A stretch of 14,084 nt of DNA from a virus (lineage: Duplodnaviria; Heunggongvirae; Uroviricota; Caudoviricetes): positions 1 through 14,084 of the IMG/VR virus record IMGVR_UViG_2541047837_000006, one strand, 5' to 3'. Within the stretch, counting starts at the first letter, position 1, and every line of letters starts with the position of its first letter. The notes under the pieces were generated by a model, which was not told the origin of the DNA, did no database searches, and was given only the letters and a program-made list of their open reading frames with translations. The position numbers were made by a program, and so were the translations under genes. This document shows positions 9,210 through 14,084 of this stretch, piece after piece.

Positions 9210-9811
9210 GGATTCACTCTCATTGTGTCAATAACATGGACCGCCCCGCCTTCATGCGCGGTGCCGCCGGAAATAATTGTTTCGTTGATATACGGATAGA
9301 TCGTGATTTCTTCACCAAGATAGCTGGCGGCTCCCACCCAATGCGGGCCGCTGGTCTGCAGATTGATGGACATGCCGATCATGTGACGGCTACATGGTTT
9401 GGCATCGCTTATCAGCCGCTCAAGCTCCAGATAGGTATCTTCAGTGATGCCCTGGTCCTGCACACCAATGTCCAGGCGAAACGTACCCGGTGTTTCTCCG
9501 GTCTGCCACCACTCAATAATGCGGATCAGGAAGCCGAACGGCTCCACCACCCGCCGCACGGCACTGGTGGTTCCTTTATGCTGATGAATATAAAAAGCAT
9601 CCTTCACCACCTGTCGTTTGACGCTTTCCGTCCAGCCCTCGTCCCAGCGATCCACAGAGAACGCCCAGGCGAGATAAGGCAGGAAACTGATCGGACAGGT
9701 CGTTGGATTCCACAAGTCACGCAGCGGCACCTGCAGATCAGAAATCCCGCTGCAGGTTTGCGCCAGTCGGCGCTCCAGTGGCGTTGAACCCGGTGGCAGC
9801 AGACTATTCAT
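9206..9811 (-). CDS. I: Baseplate/tail protein I
   Basis: 201-aa product with the motif LRDLWNPTTCP ... LAWAFSVDRWDE ... GTFRLDIGV ... DAKPCSRHMIG resembling P2 gpI; start overlaps the preceding J' stop and its stop overlaps the H start. Confidence 0.8.
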   Translation of the reverse strand: MNSLLPPGSTPLERRLAQTCSGISDLQVPLRDLWNPTTCPISFLPYLAWAFSVDRWDEGWTESVKRQVVKDAFYIHQHKGTTSAVRRVVEPFGFLIRIIEWWQTGETPGTFRLDIGVQDQGITEDTYLELERLISDAKPCSRHMIGMSINLQTSGPHWVGAASYLGEEITIYPYINETIISGGTAHEGGAVHVIDTMRVNP

Positions 9812-10034
9812 CCGTTCCTCCGTTGGTTACGCTCCACTGCGTACATGATGCCGCCTGTGTTTTGTTCAGGACCACATCCGCCAGAGGAGAAGCCAGCTCC
9901 ACACGCTGCACACCCTCAACATGCAGGGCGGCAAAGATGGCGCTACGGCGAATATCCCGACCAAGACGCGTCTGACTGGCGATGTACTTCTGCAGGCTGG
10001 CTTTTGCCGCTGCCATTACCGGCTCTGCTTCCGG
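9804..10034 (-). pseudogene. J: Baseplate protein J, C-terminal ~70-aa fragment
   Basis: Translation AKASLQKYIASQTRLGRDIRRSAIFAALHVEGVQRVEL resembles the gpJ C-terminus; the frame is closed by a stop at 10035-10037, so the N-terminal ~230 aa are absent. Confidence 0.6.
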
Positions 10035-10375
10035 TCAGCGAACTTCGGGCTGACTTCCATAGAGGTGAATAATTTCTGGCCTTTTTTCACCAGTTCCACC
10101 AGGGACTCCGTTGGCTCAACGTCGGCATACAGCGCCATCTTGCCTGCCAGCGGACCTTCCGTGATTTCTTCAGCAAACAGCGCCGTCACCTTGCCGTAGC
10201 GGTTAAAGGTGCTGTCCGGCAGATAAGACTTGATGTGCTCAAGGTTAATCAGCGCGGTATACACCGCCGGGTTGTAGCTGGCTGCCATCTGTTCCAGCCA
10301 TTCTCGCTGGATTTCGCGTCCGTCGGTGGTGGCACCTTCCACCCCGATGCGAAAACGCTTTGCTTTCACTGTCAT
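10016..10375 (-). pseudogene. O: Capsid scaffold protein O, N-terminal ~110-aa fragment
   Basis: Translation FRIGVEGATTDGREIQ ... INLEHIK ... TSMEVSPKFA resembles the gpO N-terminus; ORF ends after 119 aa versus ~280 aa for intact O. Confidence 0.65.
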
Positions 10376-10399
10376 GAGCCGTGCTCCGTTAGAAAAAAC

Positions 10400-10475
10400 T
10401 TACTGGAGCCTTATGGTTGCGGTGATGGGGGCAGTGAAACAATGCGCGGTATTTGTACCGACAACCACACAAACC
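10400..10475 (-). promoter_or_regulatory. Putative Ogr-dependent late promoter pO (dyad TGT-N12-ACA at 10454-10471)
   Basis: TGT (10454-10456), 12-nt spacer, ACA (10469-10471); dyad centre ~87 nt upstream of the O' ATG, the same spacing as the FI dyad. Confidence 0.5.
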
Positions 10476-10517
10476 GCAGGCGGGGAAAGCCTTCATTCAA
10501 GGCTGTAGGTTTGTGCC

Positions 10518-11372
10518 ATGAACACCACACTGACACCCGCAGATCTCGATCCCCGTCGGCAGGCCATGCTGCTGTACTTTCAGGGATACCGCGTAGCCCG
10601 CATTGCTGAAATGCTGGGCGAGAAAGTTGCAACCGTTCACAGCTGGAAAAAACGCGACAAGTGGGGTGACTATGGGCCGCTGGATCAGATGCAGCTCACC
10701 ACCGCCGCACGCTACTGCCAGCTCATCATGAAGGAGCACAAAGAAGGGAAAGATTTCAAAGAGATTGACCTGCTGGCGCGCCAGTCTGAGCGCCACGCGC
10801 GGATCGGCAAGTTTAACAATGGCGGCAACGAATCCGACTTAAACCCTAACGTCGCCAACCGCAACAAAGGCCCACGCCGTCAGCCGGAAAAGAATGTTTT
10901 CACCGATGAGCAGATTGAGAAGCTGGAAGAAATCTTCCATTCCTCCATGTTCAACTACCAGCGCCACTGGTGGGAAGCCGGAAAAACCAACCGCATCCGC
11001 AACCTGCTGAAGTCACGCCAGATCGGCGCGACCTTTTACTTTGCCCGTGAAGCCCTGATTGACGCCCTGCTGACCGGACGTAACCAGATTTTCCTTTCCG
11101 CCAGCAAGGCACAGGCCCACGTCTTTAAGCAGTACATCATCGACTTCGCCAAAGAAGTGGAGGTGGAGTTGAAAGGCGATCCGATGGTGCTTCCTAACGG
11201 GGCCACGCTTTACTTCCTCGGCACCAATGCCCGCACTGCCCAGAGTTATCACGGCAACCTGTATCTGGATGAATATTTCTGGATACCGAAATTCCAGGAG
11301 CTGCGCAAAGTGGCTTCCGGTACCGCACCTGCAGCAACACGCCCGATCTCTGCGGTTGCACTCATGACGTAA
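10518..11372 (+). pseudogene. P: Terminase large subunit P, N-terminal ~268-aa fragment
   Basis: Translation ...[15 protein letters not shown] ... [12 protein letters not shown] ... [15 protein letters not shown] ... [15 protein letters not shown] resembles the gpP N-terminus; similarity ends near 11321 and the ORF stops at 11372 versus ~590 aa for intact P. Confidence 0.8.
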
Positions 11373-11662
11373 TGTGGCAGTTTCTCTTTTGCCACCTCAT
11401 TAATTGGTACGCATGGCAGGCAGTGAATCTGTGCCAGAAAACCATCTACCAACGTTGAATCTTCAGTCAGATCGGTAAGCAGCCAGATTTCTGGTGCGGT
11501 TAATAAATGAGGTTGAGCTGGGTTCAGCTTGTTCCGCAGAATCTGCACATTCATGCCCGCACGTTCTGCCAGTTGCACCAGATTGTGGCGCAGTGCGAAT
11601 GCACGACAGGCTTCATCAAAATGTGGATGTTTGGAAACTTGGTAATCAAACATGGTTTTCAA
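11249..11662 (-). pseudogene. 186 CII-like transcription activator, 3'-truncated; ORF tail runs antisense into the P fragment
   Basis: N-terminal ~105 aa with an HTH-like segment ([19 protein letters not shown]) and position downstream of the apl-like gene; the last ~30 codons are the antisense of P coding sequence. Confidence 0.5.
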
Positions 11663-11717
11663 CTCCGAACTTATCGCAAAATCGAACTCAGCGTCTTATT
11701 GCGAAAATAGACGTCTA

Positions 11718-11921
11718 TTAAGCAGACAAAGCATCAACAGTCAGAGCAGCCAGGTTAATCATTACCTTTTCACGTTTTTTGTCTTTACGAAGACGATGAC
11801 GAGGTAGTCGGCCATCAGCCAACATGTCGTTAATCGTATCAATAGAAAGGCCAGTCAGTTCGCTATAACGTTCGATTGTGACATGTGGTGTATTCAGAGT
11901 AATTGAAATGTTAGGTGTCAT
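11718..11921 (-). CDS. Apl/Cox-like small DNA-binding excisionase and switch regulator
   Basis: 67-aa basic ORF, first gene divergent from the repressor and followed by the CII-like gene, the arrangement of the 186 lytic operon; SD-like AAGGA upstream. Confidence 0.6.
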   Translation of the reverse strand: MTPNISITLNTPHVTIERYSELTGLSIDTINDMLADGRLPRHRLRKDKKREKVMINLAALTVDALSA

Positions 11922-12066
11922 AAGGCAACATTCCTTCTAGATATGGCTTGTGGCGAGCCGTTGTTTGTCGTGATTAGTAGTGAAGGCTCCAAAAGAACAC
12001 TTCTGGTTCAACTTTAAGATCGCTTTTGGAATCTGTCAACGAATTTTGGATTTCTTTGGAGGACTT
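11922..12066. promoter_or_regulatory. Putative immunity switch region (lytic and lysogenic promoters with operators) between apl-like and cI-like genes
   Basis: Divergent gene starts; 8-bp perfect inverted repeat tccaaaag (11988-11995) / cttttgga (12023-12030). Promoter elements not individually resolved. Confidence 0.4.
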
Positions 12067-12636
12067 GTGGATTTCAATAGCGGCGGTAAGAAAGCCATAG
12101 AACGTTTAGTTGAAGCATATGGGTTCGGTACCCGTCAGGCTCTCTGTGATCATTTAGGTGTTTCTAAGAGCACCATGGCAACGCGCTATATGCGTGATAT
12201 TTTTCCAGCAGATTGGGTAATCCAGTGCGCCCTTGAAACGGGCACCTCGCTTAATTGGCTAACAACAGGGCATGGTTCAAAGCAAGCATCAGCAAATACA
12301 AATACTATAGAAGTAGAAAAATATTTATTGTCTGATGGAGCATTGCAGAAAGACGGTTTTTATATTTTTGATAAGGGATTTCTACCCTCTACGTTTAAAA
12401 AACCTTTTGTCATCACAGATAACAATTCTGAATTTATTTGTGATAAAGAATTTGATGATATACGTGATGGTAAATGGGTAATAAGTATTGATGGCGAAAT
12501 AACGATCCGTGACATTACTCGTTTACCCGGTGGAAGAATCTTCGTCGAGGGTGGAAACAGAGCCTTCGAATGCAAGATAGAAGACATTGAAATAATTGGT
12601 AAAATTATAAGTTTAACAGTCAAGCATGTTAAATAG
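12067..12636 (+). CDS. 186 CI-type immunity repressor (~189 aa)
   Basis: Divergent from apl and upstream of int; LVEAYGFG N-terminal region and overall length consistent with the 186 CI family. Start set at GTG 12067 (GGAGGA at 12058-12063); the ORF is open to a GTG at 11980, so the start is uncertain. Confidence 0.65.
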   Translation: MDFNSGGKKAIERLVEAYGFGTRQALCDHLGVSKSTMATRYMRDIFPADWVIQCALETGTSLNWLTTGHGSKQASANTNTIEVEKYLLSDGALQKDGFYIFDKGFLPSTFKKPFVITDNNSEFICDKEFDDIRDGKWVISIDGEITIRDITRLPGGRIFVEGGNRAFECKIEDIEIIGKIISLTVKHVK

Positions 12637-12651
12637 TACCGGGAGGAAACT

Positions 12652-12843
12652 ATGCTTGGTAAGGTATTTTTTGTGGTTTTGTCATGTTCTTTGTTATTAA
12701 ACCCACTAACTACCTATGCTAGAAATTATCCCTGCTCAGGGAAAAAGGGAGGTGTTTCTCACTGTACCTCAGATGGCAAATTCGTTTGCAATGATGGAAC
12801 TATTAGTAAATCCAAAAAAATCTGTACTAAAAACTCACGATAA
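12652..12843 (+). CDS. Small secreted or lipid-anchored Cys-rich protein (63-aa precursor) of unknown function
   Basis: Strong SD GGGAGG 6 nt upstream of the ATG; N-terminal signal peptide ([23 protein letters not shown]); basic mature part of ~40 aa with 4 Cys; 15 nt downstream of cI on the same strand; AT-rich. Confidence 0.5.
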   Translation: MLGKVFFVVLSCSLLLNPLTTYARNYPCSGKKGGVSHCTSDGKFVCNDGTISKSKKICTKNSR

Positions 12844-13031
12844 CTTTTGCTTTTATATCTGCGTCTAAAATAAAAATGAGCCGCAGGTTAACCGCAAAAG
12901 TTACATGCTCACATAGCAAAAAGAATAGCCAACTTCATGATGGCTTCAGTGAGATGTATGGTCGTAGGATTTCATACATTGACACTGGTTATACATACAG
13001 TAAAAATGCTCTCTACTGGAGGGCATTTTTT

Positions 13032-14084
13032 ATGGCAGTACGAAAACTCACCACAGGGAAATGGCTTTGCGAATGTTACCCCGCCGGACGTAGTGGGCGT
13101 CGTGTGCGTAAACAATTCGCCACCAAAGGCGAAGCTCTGGCTTTTGAGCGCCACACGATGGAAGAAACCGAAGCAAAGCCCTGGCTGGGTGAATCAGTGG
13201 ATCGTCGAACACTGAAAGACGTAGTTGAGCTATGGTTCAAACTACATGGTAAATCTCTGACAGCTGGGCAGCATGTCTATGACAAATTGCTGTTGATGGT
13301 TGACGCTCTGGGTAATCCTCTTGCAACCGATCTCACCTCTAAAATGTTTGCCCACTATCGAGATAAACGCCTGACAGGCGAGATCTACTTCAGCGAGAAA
13401 TGGAAGAAAGGAGCAAGCCCGGTCACCATTAACCTGGAGCAAAGCTATCTAAGTAGTGTTTTTAGCGAACTATCCCGTCTGGGCGAATGGTCGTATCCGA
13501 ACCCACTGGAGAACATGCGAAAATTCACCATCGCAGAAAAAGAGATGGCATGGCTTACCCATGAGCAGATTGTTGAATTGCTGGCTGATTGCAAACGTCA
13601 GGACCCAATTCTGGCACTGGTAGTTAAGATATGCTTAAGCACAGGCGCACGCTGGCGTGAAGCCGTAAATCTTACCCGCTCACAGGTGACCAAATACCGA
13701 ATTACCTTTGTCAGAACGGAGGGGAAGAAAAACAGAAGCATCCCTATCAGTAAAGAGCTTTACGAAGAGATCATGGCGCTTGATGGGTTCAATTTCTTTA
13801 CAGACTACTATTTTCAATTTTTATCCGTGATGGAAAAAACGTCTATCGTGCTCCCTCGCGGTCAACTCACACACGTTCTGCGCCATACGTTTGCGGCGCA
13901 CTTCATGATGTCGGGTGGAAACATTCTCGCCTTACAAAAAATTCTCGGACACCACGATATAAAAATGACTATGCGTTACGCACATCTGGCACCAGATCAT
14001 CTGGAAACGGCGCTCCGTTTCAATCCTCTGGCAACGCTGCCAAGTGGCGACAAAGTGGCGGCAGCGGTTGGCATTACCCCGTAA
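13032..14084 (+). CDS. int: Tyrosine recombinase (phage integrase)
   Basis: Catalytic signature present: R in LSTGARWREA, H-x-x-R in HVLRHTFAAH, Y in MTMRYAHL; N-terminal MAVRKLTTGKW typical of this integrase family. The ORF is open from 12876 but the extension is AT-rich and unlike integrase N-termini. Confidence 0.9.
   Translation: MAVRKLTTGKWLCECYPAGRSGRRVRKQFATKGEALAFERHTMEETEAKPWLGESVDRRTLKDVVELWFKLHGKSLTAGQHVYDKLLLMVDALGNPLATDLTSKMFAHYRDKRLTGEIYFSEKWKKGASPVTINLEQSYLSSVFSELSRLGEWSYPNPLENMRKFTIAEKEMAWLTHEQIVELLADCKRQDPILALVVKICLSTGARWREAVNLTRSQVTKYRITFVRTEGKKNRSIPISKELYEEIMALDGFNFFTDYYFQFLSVMEKTSIVLPRGQLTHVLRHTFAAHFMMSGGNILALQKILGHHDIKMTMRYAHLAPDHLETALRFNPLATLPSGDKVAAAVGITP

Larger units (their letters stand above)
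3223..14084. mobile_element. Decayed P2/186-family prophage (late-gene remnants plus immunity and integration module); continues past window end
   Basis: Contiguous P2-type gene order on the minus strand (ogr, D, FII, FI, tail fibre genes, I, J', O') with P' on plus, then 186-type CII/Apl/CI and a tyrosine integrase. Left boundary placed after the ybjL terminator and is approximate; right boundary not in window. Confidence 0.85.

Noticed and set aside
8223-9787. Plus-strand ORFs inside tail fibre H and baseplate I (76 to 195 aa)
   Set aside because: Antisense to confidently assigned structural genes; the repetitive Ala/Ser-rich translations mirror the tandem repeat in H.
11494-11721. Two plus-strand 67-75-aa ORFs opposite the CII-like gene
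   Set aside because: Antisense to the CII-like gene, which is supported by synteny with apl; no RBS evident.
12876-13031. In-frame N-terminal extension of the integrase ORF (start at 12876, 402 aa)
   Set aside because: The extension is AT-rich and does not resemble integrase N-termini; the internal ATG at 13032 gives the canonical MAVRKLTTGKW start and a typical ~350-aa length.

Overview
The window has two parts. Bases 1-3222 are ordinary E. coli-type chromosome (ybjC, grxA, ybjM, ybjL), recognised from the translated ORFs. From about 3223 to the window end lies a decayed P2/186-family prophage of roughly 10.8 kb, against roughly 30-33 kb for an intact phage of this family. Reading on the minus strand from the ybjL side it carries ogr, a chimeric FII::D ORF, tail sheath FI, tail fibre assembly, tail fibre H, baseplate I, then C-terminal J, N-terminal O and N-terminal P fragments; the immunity region follows (CII-like fragment, Apl/Cox-like, CI-like repressor, a small secreted Cys-rich ORF, integrase). 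At least three internal deletion junctions are inferred. Two AT-rich cargo loci stand out as candidates for undescribed lysogenic-conversion or superinfection-exclusion functions: a 343-aa acyltransferase-3 membrane protein between the tail fibre genes and FI, and a 63-aa signal-peptide protein between the repressor and integrase. Two TGT-N12-ACA dyads sit about 85 bp upstream of the FI and O' start codons, matching P2 late-promoter architecture. No tRNA, rRNA or CRISPR array was recognised. All homology calls rest on reading the translations and on recalled family features; no database search was run.
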